DNA from: Torpedo marmorata
Lineage: Eukaryota
Assembly (NCBI GenBank): GCA_977017645.1
Contig: OZ360245.1
Location: forward strand, 26,040,001-26,104,000
Direction: 5' to 3'
Length of the DNA stretch: 64,000 nt
The position numbers and the translations under genes were made by a program. The notes under the pieces are model-generated. The model ran no database searches. It worked only from the letters and a program-made list of their open reading frames with translations, and was not told where the DNA came from. Positions 1 through 12,841 of this stretch are shown piece by piece (positions within the stretch are counted from its first letter, which is position 1; each line of letters starts with the position of its first letter).

Positions 1-1322
1 TCGATGGAGTGAAGATTGGTGCCTGTGATGTCACAGGCCGAGTTAACAACCTTCTGGAGTTTACTCTTGTCCTGGGAGTTGGCGCCTCCATACAAGGCAG
101 TGATGCAACCAGCCAGAATGCTCTCCACGGTACACCTGTAGAAGTTTACGAGAGTCTTTGGTGACATACCGAATCTCCGCAAACACCTCACAAAGTATAG
201 CCACTGATGAGCCTTCTTTGTGATTGCATCCACGTGGATGCTCCAGGACAGATCCTCGGAGATGTTGACACCCAGGAATTTGAAGTTCTTGACCCTCTCC
301 ATGACTGAGCCCTCGATGAGGACTGGGTCGTGTTCCCCTGACTTCCTCCTGAAGTCCACAATCATCTCCTTGGTTTTGCTGACGTTGAGCTCAAGGTTGT
401 TGCCATTACACCATTCAACGAGCTGATCTATCTCCCTCCTGTACGCTTCCTCATTGCCGTTTGTGATTCTGCCAACAACTGTGGTGTCATCGGCAAACTT
501 GTATATGGCATTGGAATTGTGCCTGGCCACACAGTCATGAGTGTATAACGAGTAGAGCAGTGGACTAAGCACGCATCCTTGGGGTGCGCCTGTGTTGATA
601 ATCAGTGAGGAGGAGACGTTGTTTCCAATTCGTACTGACTGTGGTCTTCCGATGAGAAAGTCAAGGATCCAGTTGCAGAGGGGGGTACAGAGGCCTAGAG
701 TTTGTAGCTTCTTGACCAGCACTGAGGGAATAATGGTATTGAAGGCCGAGCTGTAGTCGATGAAGAGCAACCGTATGTATGAATTGCTGTTTTCGAGGTG
801 GTCCAGAGCTGAGTGGAGAGCCAGCGATATTGCATCTGCTGTGGAGCGATTGTGGCGATAGGCGAATTGCAGTGGGTCCAGATCTTTGCTTAGGTATGTG
901 TTAATTCTGGCCATGACCAGCCTCTCAAAGCATTTCATCACAGTAGAAGTTAGTGCTACTGGGCGGTAGTCGTTGAGGCAGCTCACTCTACTCTTCTTGG
1001 GTACCGGGTGATTGATGCCCTTTTGAAGCAGGTGGGAACCTCTGACTGCCGCAATGAGAGGTTGAAAATGTCCATGCACACTCCGGCTAGTTGGTTGGCG
1101 CAGATTTTCAATACCCTGCCAGGTACACCGTCAGGGCCTGACGCCTTGCGAGGGTTCACCCTCTTGAATGATGTTCTGACGTCGCCCTCAGAGACAGATA
1201 TCACAGGGTCCTCAGCCTTTTCAGGGATTCTAGTAGGCACCGTTTTGTTCTTCTTCTCAAAGCGGGCATAGAAGGTGTTCAGCTCATCAGGTAGTGAAGC
1301 ATCACAGCCTGCTGCCAGACTC
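1..1322 (-). mobile_element. Rex1/Babar-type non-LTR retrotransposon, 5'-truncated RT region
   Basis: LPDELNTFYARFE...[18 protein letters not shown]...IFNLSL...VPTCFK; homologous to 6482-8447; runs off the window edge. Confidence 0.85.
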
Positions 1323-2743
1323 ACAGACTTTCCAAAGCTGCAGAGTTTTTTTAAATCTTGGTTCTCCTTGCCAAAACCTGCAGGGATGTGTAAAATCTAT
1401 TCTCTTAAAGGGACAGTCCCACACAAATGAAAATGAACTGAAAAGAAATGGGAGAACGTCACAGTGATATTGCTCAATATAATTTAATATACTATTAATA
1501 ACATTGCTTCTAAACTTCCCATTGTCTTAGTTTAAGATTTCACTCTGTTTCCCAATCTAATTGAAGCTACTTCGGAAAGGCACTTAATTATATTACCAAG
1601 AAGGAAATGGTTTAATCCCCCATCCAACTAACACCAGTCCAATCATCAGTAGAGAGCGCTGCACCAAAGTCTATTAAGGATGGTGAAGGTGGTGTAACAC
1701 CCAACTTGTATCGATTGATACCTGTTAAAAAGGTACAAATATGTTGACTTCCCTTGAGAAGAGTAAAGTTGAGCCTGTAGTTGAATGTGCTGCCAAGATG
1801 TATTGTCCAGACTTGTATTTTAATAGGCAAGGCAATTTATCTTTAAATTCAAAAGTGAAATTGTTACTAAACTTAATATAGTCATCATAAAGACTCGGCT
1901 TATGTGGATAAATATCCCAACATTTGCATTTTTAAGAATCAACATTACTACTTTAGCTGATATCCAAAACATGGATAAAGTTATCAATTAGAATGAATAG
2001 TTCAGAATGTGTATAAAAAGTGATACTTCAAAAATTATGCTCAAAAGAGGGGGATTAAAATATTCCATCAATAATTAAAAATTTCCACCTGATCAGAACT
2101 TTTTGGTTGCAATTAAATCTTATCACCATTAAAACCCATTTGAAGAGTATCAAAAATATTTTCTGTCAAGTTTAAGGAGTATCGAAGATGTAGGTATGGT
2201 AACTTCATAGTTTCTGGGAGACTCAGCAAAGAAGATCAAGGGAAAATTATCAGATTCACCTTTGCTGAAAGTTGTCCGTTATCTAGTGTGGTGTAAATGT
2301 TAATTTTACATTAGTCAGACCCTGGTGTTTTCCAGGTCTTATTGTTTGTGGATGCAGACAAATTTCTTGTCTCAGGAGTTGGAAATGGAACTCAGGGTTC
2401 ATCAGTTATCTTTGAACAATACTATCATTTTCATTATAATGGACAAATGATATTCAATGCAAGAGCTGAAGATAGTTTCTTAGAAATGCCTTCAGTGACA
2501 TCTTGGGATAGGCCTCAAACAATCACAACCATCTTCCTTGGTTTGAGGCAAGTTAAGGATTCACTGACCCACAGGAGTTTGTGGTAGACAACCAAACTAC
2601 CAAGAATAGAATCAATGGGCCTAACTATAAAGTCCTTCTGTCCCAGCAGGAATTACTGGCAGGCCCCAGCCAAACATCATAACTGCCTGTAATATTTCAA
2701 TTTTTCCAAATCTGAAACTGAAATACAACCCCAACCACAAATA

Positions 2744-3440
2744 CAGTAAAACCCCTGGTATCCGGAATTCAAGCAACCAGCAAAAAAAAAAACGAGGAAG
2801 ATAAAAATATACGGTATATAAGAATAAAATAATTGGTTAAAAAATATGCATACTTAAAATTGTAAAAGTAAATGTTCTCTGAAGTAACACATAAACCCTT
2901 GGTGAAGATGGGAACAAATATTCAGCCAGCGGAGTTCCTTGGTTGTGCTTTGCTCGTAGCAGCTGTTTGAATAAAGTTGTGCGAAACAGCAATGGCGTCG
3001 CCCAGGATGAAGAGCTGGTTGATGCCGCTCGCCGTTGGGGTGACTCTCTTAAAGTGTCTCCTTATCCCTGCTTAGTAAGAGTCGCCCCAGTCAGAGGCTT
3101 TATCTGTAAACTTTGGGGAGGGGGGGGTTAATTATCTATAATGTTATTGTTCATCTTTTGGGTGGCTCCTTGGAGGGGGAGGAACCTGCAGATGCAGCGA
3201 CAGTTAAATATTTTCAAAGAATGTGACTGAAAATAAAATAAAATGCTTTAAGGTTTATATATTCATGCAGTGAAGTTTGTTCAATGCAAGGAAAGTATAG
3301 TATTTTTGTATTTTAAACTGTTTATTCTTAATGCAGGTGTATCAGTTAGGCATTGTAAGAGTAAGTCTCAAGCAACCGGAAAATACACTTATCCGTCATC
3401 TACCAATCCCCATAGGTGCCAGATACCAGGGGTTTTACTG
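2744..3440. mobile_element. Tc1/mariner-type non-autonomous DNA transposon (MITE), 697 bp
   Basis: TIRs CAGTAAAACCCCTGGTATC / GATACCAGGGGTTTTACTG flanked by TA on both sides; second copy at 14530-16141. Confidence 0.88.
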
Positions 3441-4213
3441 TATTATTTTTTAAATAAAAAAATTGGGGAGTGAAGGGGAAGAAAAAAATAAATATAAAGT
3501 TTTAAATCAATACAATAATGACCAAGCTGCTCAAGTTTCTTTTTATCTAATGAAAACCTAAAAATATGCACCCCTGAAAACTCAGATGCAGTTACAATAA
3601 TTCAGACACTTTGATACTTGTCAGATTCCAATGCTTAAGTATTTTCTTTATCATTATTACGTTATTCCTTCCTTCTCTGATGGCACAATCGGCCACTAAG
3701 GTAGCAGCAAACTTTCAGGTTTGTTCATTTCCAGCACCCAGACTCTAACCCAAATCAATGCATGTAATTTTTCGAAGAATCCTCTATCTTCCCATAGACT
3801 AGTGGATCACAGTGGATGCATCAGTATATCCACCAAATTCCAGCAGGCTATGCATATCACAAAATGTGTGAAATATTCCTGGAAAGTAGCATTGTTGCAT
3901 AGGAAGTTCGCAGTCATGCTCAAGCATCGTGAATATTAAAAATTACTTTTAATTGAAGCTTTATAGAATTAATCCTGCCCTGCCTAGAAAACTTCCTATC
4001 ACCTGATCATGCAATGGCATCAACTAAATGTTAAAAATCCCATGTTCCATTGCTTTTTCTGGTGAAACATACAGCAGGGTGGAAGCAGTGAAAATGAACA
4101 AAAAGTAGAGGAGAAAAAGAGCACTATGCTTTTTTTTTTTTTTTTTTAAATGACAATACACATTTTCCACAAGGAGTACTTTATTGCCATGGTAAAGGAA
4201 CTTATCAACATAC

Positions 4214-4540
4214 CTATTTGGTTTTTGACTGATTTTCCCTTCTCCACCTCTTCGGCTACTTTGATCTTGGAGAAAGTCATTACTGAAGTGTTGTCCTTCT
4301 CCAGTTCTTCTTCACTTCTGTCATCACCATTTTCACTCTCATCATCATCCTCCTCCTCCTCCTCGCTATCACTTTCTCCTAAATCATCCATGCCTTCTGT
4401 GAATTTCTCAAAGTCTTTGATTTTTTCAAAGTCAAAATTGCTTTTATTCACTTTACTGCACAAAGGTTCTTCATCATTCACTTCTTCAACATCTTCATCC
4501 TCTGCACTTTCCAGATCCTCTGACATTTCTTCCGCTTCAT
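4214..4540 (-). CDS. AATF: AATF coding exon 3 (acidic region); gene continues beyond window start
   Basis: ttttag acceptor; Asp/Glu-rich segment ending VMTFSKIKVAEEVEKGKSVKNQI; G|GTATG donor; 327 nt. The expected next exon (LWDQLLE-like) was not found in 1-4213. Confidence 0.9.
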
Positions 4541-5687
4541 CTAAAAATAAGGTAAATACAATGATAAAAGTACAAAACAGATTTGAGATTCCATGCTTGC
4601 TTGTTCGGCAAATATTTTGCAAGCTTAAATATGCTTAAATACTTATTTAAAGGGCATTTAAAATAATTCAGTGTTTCCATTTTAAAATGTATACTGCATA
4701 ACCTAATGGAACTTTCCTTCAACTTTAAGGACTTGCCAAGACTGGAGATGAGACCACTGCGAAACAATACCTTAAGCTGGCAGCCATCATACAATTTAAT
4801 TCTTCATCAGCCATGCAAACTGAAACCATAAGATTAATCAGATGACTCAATTTGGTGGGAACCCTGCTGCCAGGTTAAATTGTTACATGGTGAATGCAAA
4901 TTTTCAAATGTAGGAGGCTTCCATGAAGATAATTCATAGTCATTGATACCAAATGTTTAAAACAAACACTGCATACTGGACAATTCATACAATATGTCAG
5001 AGGAATTTAATGGGATTTATTGCGTTCTGTTTTCTTTTGTATTTCCAAAAAAAAAAAAACTGAGTTTGTAGGTTAGTTATTGTATTTGGGCGGCACAGGC
5101 TTGTGGGCCAGAAGGGCCTGTTACTGTGCTGCATCTCTAAAGTTTAAAAAAAATTAAAAGCAAGATATTTGGACAATCTCCAAAAGACAAAATCATTACC
5201 AACAGTTATATAATATTAAAAAAAGATTTAAAGTTGTATTATCCAAGAAATTCCAAGGCATTTTGATATTTACAAATGTTGTAAAAATTGCAATTCAACT
5301 AAATGTCAGCTGCTTCCTTCAAATGTTCAACTCCATCACACAGTATATTTAAAACCCAAACTACATGGATCCAACATCTATGCAAATTAAATAATATTTA
5401 TTTTTGCAGATTCCAAATGCAGCCCATTACATAAAAAATAGCAATTTAAAACCCATAATATTGTAATTAAAAACAGAAACAAAATTTGAAAATAATTACT
5501 GTTTTTTTTTAATTAAACCCCAGTTCATTACAGCTTTTCTCTGTAGTTTGTTCTTGTCAAGCTAGGAAATAGAGAGAATAACAATAAATCATTTACTCGT
5601 CCATAAACATTTGATAATACAAAGCATACAAGTGGTATTTCTTACTAGAATTACTTACAACTGCGAAAACGCAGGAACACCTCCTAC

Positions 5688-5870
5688 CTGATGTGTCAGA
5701 CAAAGACTCCTCTGAGGCCTCTTCTTGCAATGTCTTTCGAGAGGTGGCCTTCCCAACGTACCTCCTATCTGTATCACATAGCAAAGCTGATGCTCGCTTC
5801 CGCAGCTTACTGTCAAATGTGAGGCTATCATCTCCCTCATTGAACCTGTCAACGACTTTGGCAATAGTTG
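5688..5870 (-). CDS. AATF: AATF coding exon 2
   Basis: tttgcag acceptor; ATIAKVVDRFNEGDD...LRKRASALLCDTDRRYVGKATSRKTL...; CAG|GTAGG donor; 183 nt, phase 1-1. Confidence 0.9.
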
Positions 5871-6461
5871 CTGCAAAGGAAAGAGAAAACTTTAGACCAA
5901 GAACGCACTCCGTTTTAACATTAATATAACAATAGATGCCATCAATTCACCACAAAGAAAGTACATTCATTGCATTGTAAAAAGGTTCAATAAAATCCCT
6001 TTAATAGCACAATTTAAAGTTATATTTACTGTATTGCCACCCTGCTGAAATTGACATATTGAGAGTGGATGGGTTCGTTCCTTCCTGTAGTCTATTCTCC
6101 ATCAATATTTTACCATGGGATTGATATATAAAAGCAATATTACAGACAGACTTGAAATAAAAACTGTTTTGCCCTTTACCCATGCTGCTTGACCTGCTAA
6201 GAGTTTCCAGCATTTTCTATTTCTATTACGTGGGGCAGGTATGTTTATTTCACCTCCACAGCCAAACAATCCAGTTAATCAAAAAAAAATTAATGCAGAT
6301 GCTCAAAATCTGAAATAAAAGCACAAAATGCTGGAAATGCTCAGCAGGCCAAATTGAATTTCTGGAGTGAGAAACTCCAAAAATATTTTAGTTCAAAGAC
6401 ATTTCATTAATGATTAATATGAAAAAATTTTTTTTTTAGATGCAGAGAAAAGGATAGAGAA

Positions 6462-8447
6462 AAGATATCCGTGAATACCTTGGTATTCACGGATATCTTC
6501 AATATCTCACTCCAGCAGGGCGTGGTACCCACCTGTTTCAAACAGGCGTCAATCATACTGGTGCCCAAGAAGAGTGCAGTAACCTGCCTTAATGACTAAC
6601 GACGAGTAGCACTTACATCAACAGTGATGAAGTGTTTTGAAAGGCAGGTGTTGAAGCATATCAGCTCCTGTCTGAGCGGTGACATGGATACATTCCAGTT
6701 CGCCTATCGTATTAACAGGTCTACGGCAGATGCCATCTCACTGGCTCTACACAAAGCCCTGGAACACCTGGACAGCAAAGATGCATACAACAGGATGCTC
6801 TTTATCGACTACAGCTCGGTATTTAACACCATCATCCCCTCAAAACTGATCAGCAAGACCTGGGAGTTAACACCCCACTGTGTAATTGGATCATGGATTT
6901 CCTCACCTCCAGACCACAATCAGTGAAGATTGGTAAGAACTTCTCCTCCATAATCTCCATCAGTACCGGAGCACCACAGGGCTGTGTTCTTAGACCCCTG
7001 CTCGACTCATTTTACATCTACGAGGTCAGGTCACTCGTCTGAGTGCTTCTGGTACCATGTAACCCAGTACTACCTGTCGCATGGTTGGGTGGTCGGAAAC
7101 TAAACCGGCTCCCCCACCAGGCTTGCCTGATGCGGAGGGTGGCTAGACACCCTGCAGGATGAAAAACGGCCATCTAGCAAACAGGTGCCGTAAAGCGCGG
7201 AAAGGGCATCCCTTGCATCGAAGCTTGGTCTGGCCATTCACTGCAACAGAATTCCCCCAGCCGTCTTGGACCTCACCATGCCGCTGGATCCGGGAGGGAA
7301 TGTCGAGAGGGTGGGTCTGGACCTGTGCAACCCCATCTCACCTAAATCCATTCACGCACACGCTGTTCCTTTCTGAGGAGTGGGGTATCCTCATATCAAA
7401 CCCCACAAACTGACTGAAAGGAACCATCATCATCCTATGGGATGGATAGCCAGAAGAGAAGAGGAAGACACCTACGACTGTGTAGCTCGGTATGACAATA
7501 ACACCATCTACAAATTTGCTGTCGGTTCCACAGTAGTGGGTTGTATAAAGGAAGGGGGTGAGTCAGCATACAGGATGGATTTTGAAAACTTAGCTGAATG
7601 GTGCACCAAAAACAACCTTGCACTCAATGTCACCAAAACTAAGGAGCTGATTGTCGACTTCAGGAAAGGAAAGCCAGAGGTATACAATCCAGTGATCACT
7701 GGGGGATCAGAGGTGGAGAGGGTGAGCAAATTTAAGTTCTTGGGAGTCACTATCTCGGAGGATCTTTCCTGGACCCCACACACCAATCGCATCGTGAAGA
7801 AAGCACGTCAGCGCCTCTACTTCCTCAGGAGTTTGCGGAGGTTTGGTATGACATCAGAAACCCTGGCAAATTTCTACAGAGGTATGGTGGAAAGTGTGCA
7901 GACCAGCTGCATCATGGTCTGGTATGGGAACACCAATTCCCCTGAGCGTAAAGCTCTCCAAAAGGTAGTGGACACAGCCCAGGACATCACAGGCAAATCC
8001 CTCCCCACTATTGAGTACATCTACAGGGAACGCTGCCGTCGGAGAGCAGCAGCAATCATCAAAGAGCCTCACCACCCAGCACACGCTCTGTTCTCGCTGC
8101 TGCCATCAGGCAAGAGGTATTGGTGCCACAAGATTTGCACCACCAGGTTCAGGAGCAGCTGCTACCCCTCCACCATCAGACTCCTCAATGACAAATTCAA
8201 TCAGAGAGTCATTTAAGGACTCTTACTTGTGCACTTTATTAATTTTCTTTTTGTTCTCTCTGTATTGCACAGTTGGTTTACATTCATTATCTGTTTACAG
8301 TTCTTGGTTTGTTTACATGTATACGCTGTGTAGAGTTCATTTTTTGCACTACCAATTAGTGGTAATTCTGCCACGCCCGCAGGAAAAAGGAATCTCAGGG
8401 TTGTATGTGATGTCATGTATGTACTCTGACAATAAATCTGAAATCTG
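6462..8447 (+). mobile_element. Rex1/Babar-type LINE, 5'-truncated, interrupted by a 444-bp insert
   Basis: RT motifs ([53 protein letters not shown]), 3' UTR with AATAAA and (AAATCTG)n tail. Confidence 0.88.
7024..7467 (+). mobile_element. Non-autonomous retroposon, probably RTE-mobilised
   Basis: 10-bp TSD ACATCTACGA/ACACCTACGA; (AGAAG)n-like tail preceded by stem-loops; interrupts the Rex1 RT frame. Confidence 0.7.
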
Positions 8448-8459
8448 GAGCGGCAAGAA

Positions 8460-10900
8460 GGATCGGATGACGAAAGGGATGATAGTGCAGAGTACTGAAA
8501 CCTCAGGGGAAGTTAAAATGCAGAACGATCATTTGGAATTTAAGGAACCAGAAAGTAACACCAGAAAACTTCAATAAAAATGCTGGAATGTTGCTTATTT
8601 GACATTGTGGAACTCAAACTTTAGTCTGCTGAGATGCAACACGTCCAGTCAGATGATGAGGTGTTGTTCTGAGTTTGGGTGCAATATTAGGAGGTTGAGT
8701 TGGAGTGGGAATGAGAAGGAGAACTAATCAGGGTCATGAGTACAGACTGAATAGAACATAGAACACTACAGTACAGGCCCTTTAGCCCTCTATGTTGTGC
8801 CGAACCATATATTCCCTTAAAAAAAAGTACTAAACCATCCCTACCTCGTAACCCTCTATTTTTCTTCCATCCATGTGCCTGTCTAAGAGTCTCTTAAATG
8901 TTTCAGCCTCCACCACAATCCCTGGAAAGGCATTTCAAGCACCCACAACTCTCTGTGTTAAAAAAACATACCCCGATGTCTCCCCTAAACTTCCCTCCCT
9001 TCACTTTGTACACGTCCTCTGGTGTTTGCTATTCCTGCCCTGGGAAAAGGCACTGGCTGTTCACCCTATCTATGCCTCTCATAATCTTGCAGACCTCTAT
9101 TAAGTCTCCTCTCATTCTCCTTCACTCCAAAGAGAAAAGTCCCAGTTCTGCTAACCTTGCCTCATAAGACTTATTTTCCAATCCAGGCAACATCCTGGTA
9201 AATCTCCTCTGCACCCTCTCCATAGCTTCCACCATTCCTATAATGAGGTGACCAGAACTGAACACAATACTCTAAGTGTGGTCTCACCAGAGATTTGTAG
9301 GGTTGCAACATGACCTCTTGACTCTTGAATTCAATCCCCTTATTAATGAAGCCCAACCCCATAGGCCTTCTCAATTATCCTATTAACCTGCATGGCAAAC
9401 TTGAAGGATGTATGGATTTGGACCCCAAGGTCCCTCTGTTCATCCACACTCTTAAGTAACTGACCATTAACCCTGTACTCAGCCTTCTGGTTTGTCCTTC
9501 CAAAATGCATCACCTCACAATTATCCGGATTGAACTCCATCTGCCACTTTTCAGCCCAACTCTGCATCCTGTCTATATCCTTTTGTAACCAACAACAACC
9601 TTTAGCATCATCTACAACTCCTCCAACCTTCATATCATCCGCAAACATTTATAAAAATCACAAAGAGCAGGGGTCCCAGAACAGATCCCTGTGGACCTCC
9701 AGGCAGAATACTTTCTTTCCACTACTACTCTCTGCTTTCTACATGCAAGCCAATTTTTTATCCACACGGCCAAGGTTTCATGGATCCCATGTCTCATGAC
9801 GATCTGAACGAGAATGGTGGACGTTCTGCAAGAAGGTCACTCAACCTACATTTGATTTCCCCCCCCCCCCAGGTGGGTCAAGCTATGCCAGGAGCATCGA
9901 CTTCCGTGAAGTTAATTGAAAGCAGTACAAGGAATCCACTGCTTGGGGCCTTGAACGCTGTGGAGTGAGGAGATAAAAGAGCAGGTTTTACATTTTGTGT
10001 GGTTACACAGGAAAGGTGTTTTCAATAAAGAAGTGGGTACTGGTAGTTACAGAAAATTGACCCAGACTATCTGGAGGGTAATGTTCCCTCTGAATGGAGA
10101 TGCATTTGCCTTATCAAATAATTTTTTTGGAGTTGAAGAGGGGTGGAGCAGAAAGGGAGGTCAAGAGGAATTGTACCCTGGTTCTGGGCATTGGCAGAAT
10201 GAGTGAGAGCAAAAAACAGAAATGGGATGGACAGCCTGAACCTAAGTTCCAACACTTTGCTGTCAATTGCCACCTTGCTCTTACTTTCACATAATCCATC
10301 CACAACTAATCCCTTGCCTTCTTCTCCTTCTGCGTAGAGGATTTGGTAGCAATCACTAACTGCAACTAATCCTGTTCTGCTTTTTGTAAGGATTCCACTG
10401 TATTCCCTCAATTGCTCCAGCTCCATGACAGTTCAAGGGAATCCATAGTTGAAGGAAAGGGAAGATATCCATGGAAAGTAACATCATCAGATCAAATGTC
10501 AGGGAGAAGGATAAACTGATATAATGGAATGGAGGCTGCACAAACAGCAAGGTGGAAGGAACTGCAGTTCAGGTAGCTCGTAGCAATCACTGATTCCAAC
10601 ATGCCCCCAGAAAGAGAGGCAGAAGGAATAGTTAGAAGTGGATCATTGAAAAAAAAATGTTGTAAGATGGCAGCAAAAGTGATAAAATTTGAATTCGGTT
10701 AAAAAAAAAAAGAACCGTCAAAAATACAGTCATCAATGCACTCAAAAAAAGGGGTGAAGGAGAGAATCCAAATATGTCTGAAATTTTTTTTAATTTTTTT
10801 AAATATTTCATTCAAAGCTTCACAGGCATAGTGTGAACCCGATATGGGTTCCTACAGCAAAACCTTGTCAGGTGTTGTTATGGGATTAAATTTAATAAAT
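8460..10900 (-). mobile_element. Highly degenerate Penelope-like element (RT/GIY-YIG relics), interrupted by CR1
   Basis: Minus-strand relic peptides EQHLII*LDVLHLSRLKFEF (~8605-8670), GEIKCRLSDLLAE (~9825-9865) and a SFHLAVCAASIPLYQF-like segment (~10510-10560) resemble Penelope C-terminal motifs. Boundaries approximate. Confidence 0.55.
8751..9797 (-). mobile_element. CR1 LINE 3' fragment
   Basis: FADDMKVGG, WAEKWQMEFN, LVRPHLEYCVQFWSPHY motifs; CR1 3' UTR and short repeat tail. Confidence 0.9.
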
Positions 10901-12841
10901 ATAAAAGGGAATCGTTTTGTATCTTCATAAAATATACTTGCAGCAGTACCCCAAATACAAACTCAGTGGACAATGTATATGTTGATTAAAATTGTTTTTG
11001 ATTTTTAACTGATTTTAAAACTTTTACTGTCAATTTAGTCTGTTACAGAAGACAATGTGTGTGTATTCAAAATGTACAAGGGGTGTAGGTTAATGGGGTG
11101 TAAATTGGGCGGCACGAACTCGTAGGGCCGAAATGGCCTGTTACAGGGCTGTATGTCTAAATTTTTTTTAAATGTCTCTCAATGCTCACACCACAGCCGG
11201 CGCTTGTACACGACTCATTAAACAAGACAACTCAGTCCTTTGTTTCTGTACCATTTTGAGAATTGTGTGACATTCTGGGTGCTATTGGTGGCCTAATCTC
11301 AAATGGGTAAGTAGCATATTCAGGGCAGGGTCTGGTTGGCAGGAGCAAGTACAATAGGTTCAAGCTACAACCAGTGACATATTAGAGATGGGTAGGCATA
11401 CCTTTATGAAGGACTCAGCCCAAAACGTTGGTTATGTATCTTTATCTTTGCTATATAAAGTACACTGTTTGACCTGCTGAGTTTCTCCAGCGTTGTGTTT
11501 TTACTCATATTAAAGATGGTGCAGTTTATGCAAAATTCGTTTCCCAATGTTTAGGTAATTGAAGTTGCTAAGAGCAGCTTTGCCTAGTTTATAAGGTAAA
11601 AAAAATGAGAGCTGTAGAATCGCACGGAGATATTGCAGAACCAAGTTTCAGAAATACTGTTCAAATAAATTTAAGTGATGCAAGAAAGTCAGCAGTGCCT
11701 GCAAGGCTTCTTGAAATAAAGAACTTTAATAATAGAAATGTTTTCATCTATAAATTTCTCAACAGTAAATGGTTATCTGTCATATCCGGGAATCATAAGC
11801 CCATTAAATGCCCTCATGTATGAACGCAAAATAGCTTGACTATGATGAATTATTACATCTCCTATAATCATTGGTGGGTATTTATGAAGTAGCCAGTGCA
11901 ACATATTGTACACAGATGTGATAACAGAGCAGCATCAAATCAATGAAAATGCAAATAGAAATCCAATTTTGAATTCTGCAACAGTACTGTTAGATGATGC
12001 TTTTCTATTAAATAAGCACCTGACTTCAGGTCCTCAACATACATCAAAATCTTTTTGCTATCCAACACTTCCCAGAAAACAATCAGGAATTCTCAAAATT
12101 TAAAAAAAAAAAAAATCAGCTAGATACAAATTAAAGACAAAGGTGAGGATTTATAATATGTCATACAGAGTTGAAAAGCTGTGAACACAAGTGCAAGGAG
12201 CTGTCCATCACATTTTTCAGAAGGCTACTTTGCACTTGCCTTCAAGACATTAAGTGAAGCACTGACCAAAAATTAGACCCTAGAATACAACTAAGAGTCG
12301 AATGTGCCATCACTGAAGGACAGATCAAGATGGAGAAACACGGGGAAAACTTAATGTAATGCTGTTTAATATTAAAGTGTGTGAAATCGATATACACCAC
12401 CGGTGAAAAATGAGTCCTGATTAGGTTTAATTTAATGTTCAAAACCTTGCAATCAAATATTCTGTTTATGGAAGAATAAAAATTCCATTTATCACATTTT
12501 GTCAGCATCATTGTTAACACAAAGGGCACTTTAGTGCCTCCCATCTCCTTATTGAAAGTGCCTTCCAAATCTCTCCAGAGAATTTGGTCCACCATCATGA
12601 AAATCACATTAGTGGAAATTAGTTAGAAATTATGACCTGGCACAGCCCCAACCGTCCTAAATTTTCATTATATATTGAAGCTAGTTTAATTCTTTTAGCT
12701 CTGTGATCCACTGGTACTATAAATATTATAAAATATGCAACCAGAAAACACCTGGCTTTAATGCCAAGCAAAAATAGATTTGCCATCTTTAACTCTTCTT
12801 AGATTTAATTTGCAAATAATTTGATCAAAAGAGTGCAGAAT

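Noticed and set aside
4150-4638. 162-aa Ser-rich plus-strand ORF
   Set aside because: Antisense shadow of the acidic AATF exon 3.
7380-8216. 278-aa ORF that looks like a novel fusion protein
   Set aside because: Chance read-through from the 444-bp insert into decayed Rex1 RT; the catalytic FADD is mutated to FAVG.
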